Part shown: positions 1-7,938 of the stretch, piece by piece | Layout: every line of letters starts with the position of its first letter | Position numbering within the stretch: the first letter of the stretch is position 1 | Virus record (IMG/VR): IMGVR_UViG_3300014204_000115 | Span: 1-51,636 of that record | DNA: 51,636 bases | Direction: 5' to 3' (one strand) | DNA from: a virus | Lineage: Duplodnaviria; Heunggongvirae; Uroviricota; Caudoviricetes | The notes under the pieces: generated by a model | Database searches by the model: none | What the model was told of the DNA's origin: nothing | The model's input: the letters and a program-made list of their open reading frames with translations, nothing else | Program-made: the position numbers and the translations under genes

Positions 1-144
1 TGAATAACCACTTATTCCGCTAAATCCAGAAATACCTGAATATCCGGAGTATCCGGAAATTCCGCTAAATCCAGAAATACCTGAATAACCACTTATTCCG
101 CTAAATCCAGAAATACCTGAATATCCGGAGTATCCGGAAATTCC
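1..144. repeat. 63-bp exact direct repeat, 81-bp period, inside SG-repeat gene
   Basis: 1-63 is identical to 82-144. Confidence 0.85.
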
Positions 145-1035
145 ACTTATACCACTATATCCTGAAAATCCACTAATTCCTCTAAATCCTGATACTCCAG
201 AGTAACCACTATAAGAACTAATTCCAGAGAATCCACTAGTTCCACTAATCCCGCTAAAACCAGAATAAGATGAAATTCCGGAATAACCACTATAGGCACT
301 AACTCCGCTATAACCAGAAAATCCAGAAATACCTGAGTAGCCACTATAACCTGATTTTCCTGAATATCCACTTATACCGCTATATGCAGAAATTCCACTA
401 TAACCAGAATAAGAACTAATTCCAGAGAAACCAGAATAACCTGATTTTCCTGAATAACCACTTATTCCGCTAAATCCAGAATATGCAGAGAATCCTGACA
501 AACCACTATAACCAGAGTAGCCACTAATTCCAGAAATACCTGAATATCCACTTATACCGCTAAAAGCACTAATTCCACTATAACCTGAAACACCTGAATA
601 TCCAGACCATCCGCTTATACCACTAAATCCAGAAATACCTGATTTACCGGAATAACCACTGTAAGCGCTAAATCCAGAATATGCAGATATTCCCGAGAAT
701 CCTGACAAACCACTATAACCAGAATAGCCACTTATACCGCTAAAAGCACTAATTCCGCTATAACCTGAAATTCCAGAGAAACCTCTTATGCCACTATAAC
801 CAGAAATACCTGATTTACCTGAGTAGCCACTATAAGCTGATATTCCTGAATAACCTGAAGATGCAGCTGTTCCATTTTGTCCACTATAACCAGATAATCC
901 TAAACCTGAATGACCGCTTATGCCACTATAACCAGAAATACCTGATAATCCAGAGTAACCACTATAACCGGATATCTCTAAACCTGAATATCCGGAAAAA
1001 CCTCTTGGTGCGTTATGAGGCTGTGGACGTATCAT
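1..1035 (-). CDS. (Ser-Gly-X)n repeat virion fibre protein, partial (runs off left edge)
   Basis: Absent from the ORF track (no stop in window). GGAG RBS, ATG at 1035, reads MIRPQPHNAPRGFSGYSGLEISGYSGYSGLSGISGYSG...; the stretches I translated are open and keep the repeat phase to base 1. Confidence 0.9.
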   Translation of the reverse strand, partial: MIRPQPHNAPRGFSGYSGLEISGYSGYSGLSGISGYSGISGHSGLGLSGYSGQNGTAASSGYSGISAYSGYSGKSGISGYSGIRGFSGISGYSGISAFSGISGYSGYSGLSGFSGISAYSGFSAYSGYSGKSGISGFSGISGWSGYSGVSGYSGISAFSGISGYSGISGISGYSGYSGLSGFSAYSGFSGISGYSGKSGYSGFSGISSYSGYSGISAYSGISGYSGKSGYSGYSGISGFSGYSGVSAYSGYSGISSYSGFSGISGTSGFSGISSYSGYSGVSGFRGISGFSGYSGISGISGYSGYSGISGFSGISGYSGISGFSGISGYSGYSGISGFSGISGYS

Positions 1036-1064
1036 TATTTATCTCCAATTTATTTAGAAAAAAT

Positions 1065-1520
1065 TTATAAAGACAAAACTAGAAGTAAAACTAATGTTGC
1101 AATTGAACCAATTCCTCCTGCAGCAAATAAACTTCCCCATCTTGGTTTTTTAGCTTCAGTTAATTCATCATTTAAAACTTTTTCTTTTTGTTTATAGATT
1201 TCTTCATTTTTATCTTTTAACTTTTCAGCTGCTTCAAATTTATCATTTAATAAATTAACTTGTTCTTTTAATAATTCAGTTTGTTTTATTAATTCTTCAT
1301 TTGATTTTTCAATTAATACAATATTTTTTTCTAATAATCTACCCTTTTCTATTTCTACTACTAATCTTTTAGAATCTTCAACTGAGAAACAAACTCTATC
1401 CTGTGAATACGAAAATTCTACAATAAATAATAATAAAAATGAAATAATTAGTGATAGTAAAAATTGTTTAGTATGTTTCATATCCAAGATCCTTAAACCT
1501 TTCTCTGACTTCTTTTTCAT
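1065..1520 (-). CDS. Membrane-anchored coiled-coil protein, spanin-like
   Basis: Signal-peptide-like N-terminus (likely start MKHTKQF at 1481), coiled coil, C-terminal hydrophobic segment; overlaps upstream gene in lysis cassette; no lipobox. Confidence 0.5.
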   Translation of the reverse strand: MKKKSEKGLRILDMKHTKQFLLSLIISFLLLFIVEFSYSQDRVCFSVEDSKRLVVEIEKGRLLEKNIVLIEKSNEELIKQTELLKEQVNLLNDKFEAAEKLKDKNEEIYKQKEKVLNDELTEAKKPRWGSLFAAGGIGSIATLVLLLVLSL

Positions 1521-1854
1521 TTTCTGGTGGTTTAATATTAATTAATTGTTTTTTTAATTTTGAAATTTCTTTTTGATAATTTAAATTTATATTTCTGCTA
1601 TCTTCTAATTTATTTTGTATAATTTTATTTTGCTCATCCTTATCCTTAATAATTTTATCATATTTTATTTTTTCTTCAGATAATTTATCATTTAATAATT
1701 TTTGTATTATTTCACTGTTTGGATCCGGAATATATCTTCCATAGGTAAAACCAATAAATACAATAGCAATAACTACAAATACACCAACACCAATTAAAAT
1801 TTTATTTTTATATTTTGTTATTGTAGGTATCATACTTTCAATTTTTTCATTCAT
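1468..1854 (-). CDS. Putative inner-membrane spanin (Rz-like)
   Basis: Single N-terminal TM helix then coiled coil, downstream of endolysin and holin. Confidence 0.55.
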   Translation of the reverse strand: MNEKIESMIPTITKYKNKILIGVGVFVVIAIVFIGFTYGRYIPDPNSEIIQKLLNDKLSEEKIKYDKIIKDKDEQNKIIQNKLEDSRNINLNYQKEISKLKKQLINIKPPENEKEVRERFKDLGYETY

Positions 1855-2052
1855 CTAAACAACTCCTAACATTTTATTTGCTGCCTCTCTAGCCTCTTTT
1901 GTATTCTTTCCTTGATTCTTAAGATATTTAAAAATTTTTATCCATCTTTCTCTAAATTGAGGTTTTCTCATAACTTGTCTTACTAATTTAATTGATATTT
2001 CTAATTGAATTAAATTTAGGTTAAATTCTAAATTTTCTTTTAGACTATTCAT
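1855..2052 (-). CDS. Hypothetical protein
   Basis: AAGGAG RBS; tightly packed in operon. Confidence 0.7.
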   Translation of the reverse strand: MNSLKENLEFNLNLIQLEISIKLVRQVMRKPQFRERWIKIFKYLKNQGKNTKEAREAANKMLGVV

Positions 2053-2204
2053 TTTATAAACTCCTTTAATTTATTATCATCTAGATAGCATTTTTCACAT
2101 ATAATTTTTTCTCCGGTTCTATCTATATGATAACCTGTCATTACATAATAAGATCTAGTAATTTTATTACATCTATTACAAATAATTCTGTTTTTATTTT
2201 CCAT
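2049..2204 (-). CDS. 51-aa zinc-ribbon protein
   Basis: Below ORF cutoff: MENKNRIICNRCNK...IICEKCYLDD...; two CxxC; ATGA overlap with next gene. Confidence 0.7.
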   Translation of the reverse strand: MENKNRIICNRCNKITRSYYVMTGYHIDRTGEKIICEKCYLDDNKLKEFIK

Positions 2205-2218
2205 TTTTAAAATGAATC

Positions 2219-2554
2219 TTATACATCTTGAGTTGATTTTTGAGAACCAGAATTAACACTCATTTTATTATTCTCTTTGGTAATAGGTAAAACAGATTCA
2301 TTTATAGGACTGCTATAAGGTCTTTCAGCAAAACTTTGTACTCCTTTTCCTATGAATGCAATTCCATTTGAAACACCCAATGCTGTGTATACTCCAAGAG
2401 GTATATCAATCATAGTTCTTGTCCAGATGCATATAAATAACCATGTATACCATACAACAACATTTGATAATAAAACTGAAAATAAAAATGCAAATCTTCC
2501 AGCTGATTGTGTTCCGCAGAAATCTATTAATTCTCTAAAGTATAATCTATTCAT
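2219..2554 (-). CDS. Putative holin
   Basis: 111 aa, two hydrophobic helices, hydrophilic tail; 4-bp overlap with endolysin. Confidence 0.6.
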   Translation of the reverse strand: MNRLYFRELIDFCGTQSAGRFAFLFSVLLSNVVVWYTWLFICIWTRTMIDIPLGVYTALGVSNGIAFIGKGVQSFAERPYSSPINESVLPITKENNKMSVNSGSQKSTQDV

Positions 2555-3117
2555 ACAAATTCTCCTACCTCTTCTGATACATTATTTAATCTATTTAACC
2601 AACCTTTCAAAAAAATATTTTGTGAAGGATTGATACTTACTAATTTTCTATAAAATAATTCTCTTTCTTGTATCATATTAGCAATTAATTGATTCTTATC
2701 TATTTGGTTAATTGTTGACATTGTATTCGGTCCTAATAAACCATCTACAACTAAATTTAAATCTTGTCTATTTATCGCTCTTTGTAATATCTTAGCTGCA
2801 TTTTTTGGTCCAGAATTTACGCTAAAATCAAACATTAAGAAATCAACTCCACCTGGAAAATTATCTAAATTTAATTTATCCCAATAATATTTTTTATAAA
2901 TAGGTTCTACTTTTTCTGAATCTAATAGTTCAATATCATCAATATTAACATCTCCATCTTCATTAAAATCACCATATCCATATTCATGATAAAAAGTTTT
3001 TAATGTAGAAAGAGTTATTCCTAAGTTTGTTGGTCCACCTTTATCTAATGGATGATTACTAAAACCGCCTTCATATCTTAAAATTTTTGATAATGAATTT
3101 TTGAAGTTTTCTTCCAT
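2551..3117 (-). CDS. Endolysin, glycoside hydrolase family 108 with peptidoglycan-binding domain
   Basis: EGGFSNHPLDKGGPTNLGIT, FDFSVNSG, VDGLLGPNT, FLKGWLNRL; ATG 3117 follows an AGGA RBS (track starts at 3141). Confidence 0.9.
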   Translation of the reverse strand: MEENFKNSLSKILRYEGGFSNHPLDKGGPTNLGITLSTLKTFYHEYGYGDFNEDGDVNIDDIELLDSEKVEPIYKKYYWDKLNLDNFPGGVDFLMFDFSVNSGPKNAAKILQRAINRQDLNLVVDGLLGPNTMSTINQIDKNQLIANMIQERELFYRKLVSINPSQNIFLKGWLNRLNNVSEEVGEFV

Positions 3118-3151
3118 AATAGTATTTTCCTTTTTTAACAATACTAAGTTA

Positions 3152-3190
3152 ATTTATTAATTTGTTCTATTAGTAAGATATCATTAGAAC
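3152..3190 (-). promoter_or_regulatory. Putative late promoter (AGAACA-W5/6-TAAAT) with TTCT-N17-AGAA dyad
   Basis: Recurrent motif upstream of endolysin, just after a terminator hairpin. Confidence 0.55.
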
Positions 3191-3192
3191 GG

Positions 3193-3235
3193 AAAATTTC
3201 CCCATATTAGAAAATGACTAATATGGGGAAATTTT
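3193..3235 (-). terminator. Hairpin terminator, 18-bp perfect stem
   Basis: aaaatttccccatattag / ctaatatggggaaatttt. Confidence 0.75.
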
Positions 3236-3242
3236 AAAATTC

Positions 3243-3617
3243 TTAATTATTTTTAGTAGCTGGTATTAAATTTAAACCTTTTTCATTTAAGTTAATTTCA
3301 TTTTTATTTCCAAATTGTGAATTATTTACTAAACTTGAACCATAAAAAAATATAATATCATCTTCTAAAAATTTATATTCTGTTTCATCTATTGTTATTA
3401 CATATAAAAAAAGTTTTCCTGTTTTTTTACTAATATTTTCTTTTAAAATTGGAATATCAACTTCAATTTTATTTTCTTCTGTATTTATTTTTCCTGGAAA
3501 AATAAATGATTCATCATCTACATTTATTTTTAGAAAAACTAATTTTATCTTTTTAATAACATAATCATTAATATTAAAAACCAAACTTTTATTATTATTT
3601 AAGTTAATTTTTCTCAT
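3243..3617 (-). CDS. Hypothetical protein
   Basis: Last gene of glycosyltransferase operon. Confidence 0.7.
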   Translation of the reverse strand: MRKINLNNNKSLVFNINDYVIKKIKLVFLKINVDDESFIFPGKINTEENKIEVDIPILKENISKKTGKLFLYVITIDETEYKFLEDDIIFFYGSSLVNNSQFGNKNEINLNEKGLNLIPATKNN

Positions 3618-3621
3618 AATT

Positions 3622-4071
3622 TTACTTTTTGAAAAAATTTATAATTTGATTGTAAATTTCAGGCGCTCTAAAAAATACATTTTCTGAAAAAGTGTAATTA
3701 TCCCACAAATCAAATTGATTCGCTCTTAGATTTTTTCTATCTTTTAAAATATTTAAATTTTCAGAATAACCAAATATTTGTGGATCAGAAATTCCCCATA
3801 TAACAACACCAGGTTTTCCAACATGATGACTTAAATGAGGAAAAAAGTTATCAACTGAAATCCAAAAATCACATTGATCTATAAGATTCTTAAGAACTTT
3901 TATTGGTAAATGTTTTCTAAAATCTTTTACCAAACCTGGTTCTCCTTCAACTCCTAGTTGAACAAGTTGCTCATTTTTAAATAATGAAATAAGTTCTTTC
4001 CAGTATGGATAATTTTTTGGATTCCTTTTACCACTTCTCAATGCTCTTGAGTAAGGACTAATTAAAATCAT
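3622..4071 (-). CDS. GT9 (heptosyltransferase-like) C-terminal Rossmann half
   Basis: KNYPYWKELI, FWISVDNFFPHLSHHVGKPGVVIWG, PQIFGY resemble the GT9 DSGxxHLA...P.V.LFG region. Confidence 0.75.
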   Translation of the reverse strand: MILISPYSRALRSGKRNPKNYPYWKELISLFKNEQLVQLGVEGEPGLVKDFRKHLPIKVLKNLIDQCDFWISVDNFFPHLSHHVGKPGVVIWGISDPQIFGYSENLNILKDRKNLRANQFDLWDNYTFSENVFFRAPEIYNQIINFFKK

Positions 4072-4556
4072 TATTTATAAGCCTCCATTCCCAAATTAAT
4101 ATTTTCACAACCTATATATCTTAATGCTGGTACTGTAATAATATTTTTAAAACCAACTTGCTCCAAGGTCCATCTTAATTGTGTTTCTGTATATAGAAAT
4201 TTATGAATTTCACCAGGAACCCATGGAATAGCAAAAAATTGACCATATAGATTCACTCTATCAGTTTCACTTGCTTTAATAAATGCTTCACAAGTAGTTA
4301 ATAAATTAGGCGTTTCTAGATGTAGTTTTCCATCTTCTTTTAAAACTCTTTTCCATTCTTTTAAAACATCAAAAGCTTCATAAAAATCAAAATGTTCAAT
4401 TAAATGCATAGACAAAACTTCATCAACTGAATCATCTTCATATGGAAGATTTTTAGCATCACATTTTACCTCAGCATCTTTATTGTATAAATCACAATTA
4501 ACATAACCGGGTATTATCATACTTCCGCAACCAAGGTGTAATTTAATAATATCCAT
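4071..4556 (-). CDS. Class I SAM-dependent methyltransferase
   Basis: LHLGCG, LPYEDDSVDEV, HLIEH, RVLKEDGKL. Confidence 0.85.
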   Translation of the reverse strand: MDIIKLHLGCGSMIIPGYVNCDLYNKDAEVKCDAKNLPYEDDSVDEVLSMHLIEHFDFYEAFDVLKEWKRVLKEDGKLHLETPNLLTTCEAFIKASETDRVNLYGQFFAIPWVPGEIHKFLYTETQLRWTLEQVGFKNIITVPALRYIGCENINLGMEAYK

Positions 4557-4558
4557 TT

Positions 4559-7500
4559 TTAAACTCCATAAAAAATTCTATATGCTTCAACAATACTCTT
4601 TGTCCAGTTATTATCTATCATCCATTTATAAATATTTTCGTTATTACTAGGACCTGATGATTGAGCAATAGATATCAATGTTACATCAGGATGATCATCA
4701 AATACTTCTGGGAAACAAGCACCTATAATTAAATATTTCCATTTCTTTTTTAGATCTGGTAATATGTTTAAAAATGCAAGATGATCACCTAATCCACAAT
4801 CTAAGTTAATTAATTTATAACCCCAAGATTCCATTTTCTTAGTAAATAGATTTTCATCATGTTTATAAAACCATTCTGAATTATGACTTCTAATTCCAGT
4901 TGATTGTTGTTTTAAATGATGAATTACAATTGTCTGATCTACAATTAGTTTATAACCTTTTTCTTTTAACTCATGTGTAAAAAGAGTTTCCTCTCTATGG
5001 GCTACTGGAGATAAATCTAAACAAAAATCTACAATATTTGCTCTATAAAGAAAAGTACTATGTAGATGATCAACTTCAATAACTTGATTTCCAAAATTCC
5101 ACTGGACATTAGCTTTTGAATATATATCTTCTAATTTTGGTGATGATTCTCCTCCATAACCTTTAGTTAAAACTACACCACCAACTGCACCAACATCATC
5201 TTTCATATGTGATAATAATTTCTCAAGAGAATCAGGACAAGCTATTTCATCATCATCAAGTCTCCAGACAAATTTATAACCACTTTTATTAGCAATTTGA
5301 TGACCATGATGTTGACCTTGTTTTAATCCAAATAATACTTCCCATTTAATATTATATAAATCAAACATTTCAAATAAATATCTATATGTTTCATTTTCTC
5401 GTAAGTCAACTCTATCTTCATCTGTATTGTCATCATATAGAATAAATTTATCAGGTTTAACAGTTTGTGTAATTATTGATTGAATTGTTAATGGAAGTGT
5501 GCTAAAATATCTATTTTTAGTTGCAACAAAACAAACAACATTTTTCCCAATTGTTCTATCAAGAGGTAATATAGTTTCAGATTTTATATACTCTTTTATA
5601 TTTTTAGAATCTTTTTTAATAATTCCAATTCCCATACTATGAGATGGACACCCTGGATACTCATTCTGATCAATAAATTCCCAACTTGGATATAATTCTT
5701 TTATTTCATTCCAAAATTGAGCAACATAACAACCATATTGTCTATGATGTTCTGAATCAACTATATCATGAAATATAAGATATCCGCCCATTTTTAGTAA
5801 TGGATAAAAATTTTCAAAATCTTTTTTTACTCCTTCATAAGAATGATCCCCATCAATAAATAATAAGTCAACTGTTCCTACTTTATTTTTAACATCTTCA
5901 ATAAAATTAGCATCATGACTATTACCTGGAATTTCTGTTATAAATTTTTCATAAGGAGAATCATTATATACTTGTCGCCTATAAGTAATTTCTTCTTTTC
6001 CAACATAACCATTATCTTTAAAATTTCCCCACTCAAAATTTAGATCACAACAAAAAACTTTTCCATTACATGGTTCAACTATATGTGCCCATAATAATGC
6101 TGTACCACCTCTATATGTGCCTACTTCTAAAACTTTTTCTATTTTCTCAGCACTAAGGAATTCTTGAACCATTTCTAATTCATATTTCTTCTGAGCAGTT
6201 GGCCATGTAATTTCGATTTTATCTCTTGTTAACTTTTCATTTTTATATCTATCTATTACAATTTGTCTATTTCTTTCATATATTTCATCTTGCATCCATT
6301 CAGAATGATGCTCTGTATGAAAAATTGGAAAGTTTCCTACAAAATAATTATTATCTTGTCCAAGTTTTGTATATGGAACTTGAATCAATTTCCATCCTGC
6401 ATTTTCAGCTCTAATACAAAAATCAATATCTTCAAATCCTCCTGGATTAAATATTGGATCTAAGTTTCCAATATTTTCTAATACTTTTCTATGTATGGCT
6501 GCACAGAAAAATAGAATAAAATCACGATTCATAAATGGTCCCTTTAATGGACCAGTAATACCAATCTTTTCATCTTCATCAAACGGTTCTGTTAATAATT
6601 TAATCCAGTTATCTCCAAGAATAGTAACATCTTGATTAATAAGAATAATCATATCTCCAGAAGCATTTTGCATACCTATATTTAAAGCTCCGGTTGCTCC
6701 TAATGCTTCATCAAACCAATAATATTTACAATTATTTCCACTAATCTGATCTAAGAATTTTTTAGTTTCTTCACTACATCCATTTGCAACAATTACTACT
6801 TCAACCTCTGACATATTTGTATGTTTTACAATACTATTCCAAGATTCTATAAATCTATTTAAATTATTTCCATATACTGGAATAACTATAGATACTTTAT
6901 TTTTTTCTTTTTTAACTCCATATCTTTCCTCTAATATTTTTTGGTCCTCTTTAATTATCTTATCCCAACCATCAAGACCATAAAAATCATGAACTGTTGC
7001 TTCAGCTTGGTGCCAGATTGGAAAACTTCCAGTTAAATGAGTTGGATTTGAAGTTGCATCTAATACTTCATTTGATGGAACCTGACTTATTAAATAACCT
7101 TTTCTTTTTAATCTCATACAAAAATCAATATCAACACCACACTTTAATGATTCATCTAATAATCCAATTTCTTCAAATAAATTTCTTTTAATTAATGCAC
7201 AAAAGAATAAAATAAAACCATATTCTGCATCTTCTTTGCTTAATGATAATTTTCCTGCCCCTCCAAGAATTGGAAGCATTTTAAATGGACCTGTACATCC
7301 AATTTTTTCATCATTAAATGGTTGCAATAAAGAATCTATCCAATAATTTTTTGGTGAGGGAAGAATTTCACAATCATCATTTAGTAATAAAACATATTCA
7401 CCACTAGCGGATTTAATACCTTCATTTAGAGCTATAACTGCCCCTAAAGGTTTATCAAACCATTTACACCAAATAGAAATATTAGAATTTATATTAAGTT

Positions 7501-7651
7501 CTAATACATAATCTACTATTTTTGGGTCAGCTCCATTCGCAACAATTAAAATCTCTTTATCAGATAAATTTGTAAATTTAATTAATGATTCAACACATTT
7601 TTTAGTTAATTCTAAATTCATAGTGGGGATTACAATACTTACTTTTGTCAT
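4559..7651 (-). CDS. Multidomain GT2-GT2-methyltransferase-GT2-GT9(N) protein
   Basis: VSIVIP..LLNDD; VSIVIP..LINQD..GFEDIDFC; LEVGTYRGGT..LFIDGDHSYEGV..FHDI; WRLDDDE; terminal GLGDHLAF. Confidence 0.85.
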   Translation of the reverse strand: MTKVSIVIPTMNLELTKKCVESLIKFTNLSDKEILIVANGADPKIVDYVLELNINSNISIWCKWFDKPLGAVIALNEGIKSASGEYVLLLNDDCEILPSPKNYWIDSLLQPFNDEKIGCTGPFKMLPILGGAGKLSLSKEDAEYGFILFFCALIKRNLFEEIGLLDESLKCGVDIDFCMRLKRKGYLISQVPSNEVLDATSNPTHLTGSFPIWHQAEATVHDFYGLDGWDKIIKEDQKILEERYGVKKEKNKVSIVIPVYGNNLNRFIESWNSIVKHTNMSEVEVVIVANGCSEETKKFLDQISGNNCKYYWFDEALGATGALNIGMQNASGDMIILINQDVTILGDNWIKLLTEPFDEDEKIGITGPLKGPFMNRDFILFFCAAIHRKVLENIGNLDPIFNPGGFEDIDFCIRAENAGWKLIQVPYTKLGQDNNYFVGNFPIFHTEHHSEWMQDEIYERNRQIVIDRYKNEKLTRDKIEITWPTAQKKYELEMVQEFLSAEKIEKVLEVGTYRGGTALLWAHIVEPCNGKVFCCDLNFEWGNFKDNGYVGKEEITYRRQVYNDSPYEKFITEIPGNSHDANFIEDVKNKVGTVDLLFIDGDHSYEGVKKDFENFYPLLKMGGYLIFHDIVDSEHHRQYGCYVAQFWNEIKELYPSWEFIDQNEYPGCPSHSMGIGIIKKDSKNIKEYIKSETILPLDRTIGKNVVCFVATKNRYFSTLPLTIQSIITQTVKPDKFILYDDNTDEDRVDLRENETYRYLFEMFDLYNIKWEVLFGLKQGQHHGHQIANKSGYKFVWRLDDDEIACPDSLEKLLSHMKDDVGAVGGVVLTKGYGGESSPKLEDIYSKANVQWNFGNQVIEVDHLHSTFLYRANIVDFCLDLSPVAHREETLFTHELKEKGYKLIVDQTIVIHHLKQQSTGIRSHNSEWFYKHDENLFTKKMESWGYKLINLDCGLGDHLAFLNILPDLKKKWKYLIIGACFPEVFDDHPDVTLISIAQSSGPSNNENIYKWMIDNNWTKSIVEAYRIFYGV

Positions 7652-7938
7652 TAATTATTCTCCTTTGTCTTTAAAAATGTTTTTTCATATATTAATCTCT
7701 CTCTACAAATAACTTTAACTAAAAGATCTATATCATTTCTTGTACATTTTGAATACATTCCTGGTTTAACATTATAATCTGAATATACAAGTTCACCACT
7801 ATTTTTATCATAAAAAATAATTGAATATTTTTTAGCTTGTCTAAATCCATTTTTTAGTTTAACTTCTACTAATACTCCATCTTCTAAAACTGTAGAAATA
7901 ATTTCAATATTATTTATTAACTTATTTTTTGGTTTCAT
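7651..7938 (-). CDS. Small beta-rich protein, possibly TibC/Aah N-terminal-like domain
   Basis: DGVLVEV..KYSIIFYDKNSGELVY..V..G pattern; resemblance is from memory only. Confidence 0.45.
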   Translation of the reverse strand: MKPKNKLINNIEIISTVLEDGVLVEVKLKNGFRQAKKYSIIFYDKNSGELVYSDYNVKPGMYSKCTRNDIDLLVKVICRERLIYEKTFLKTKENN

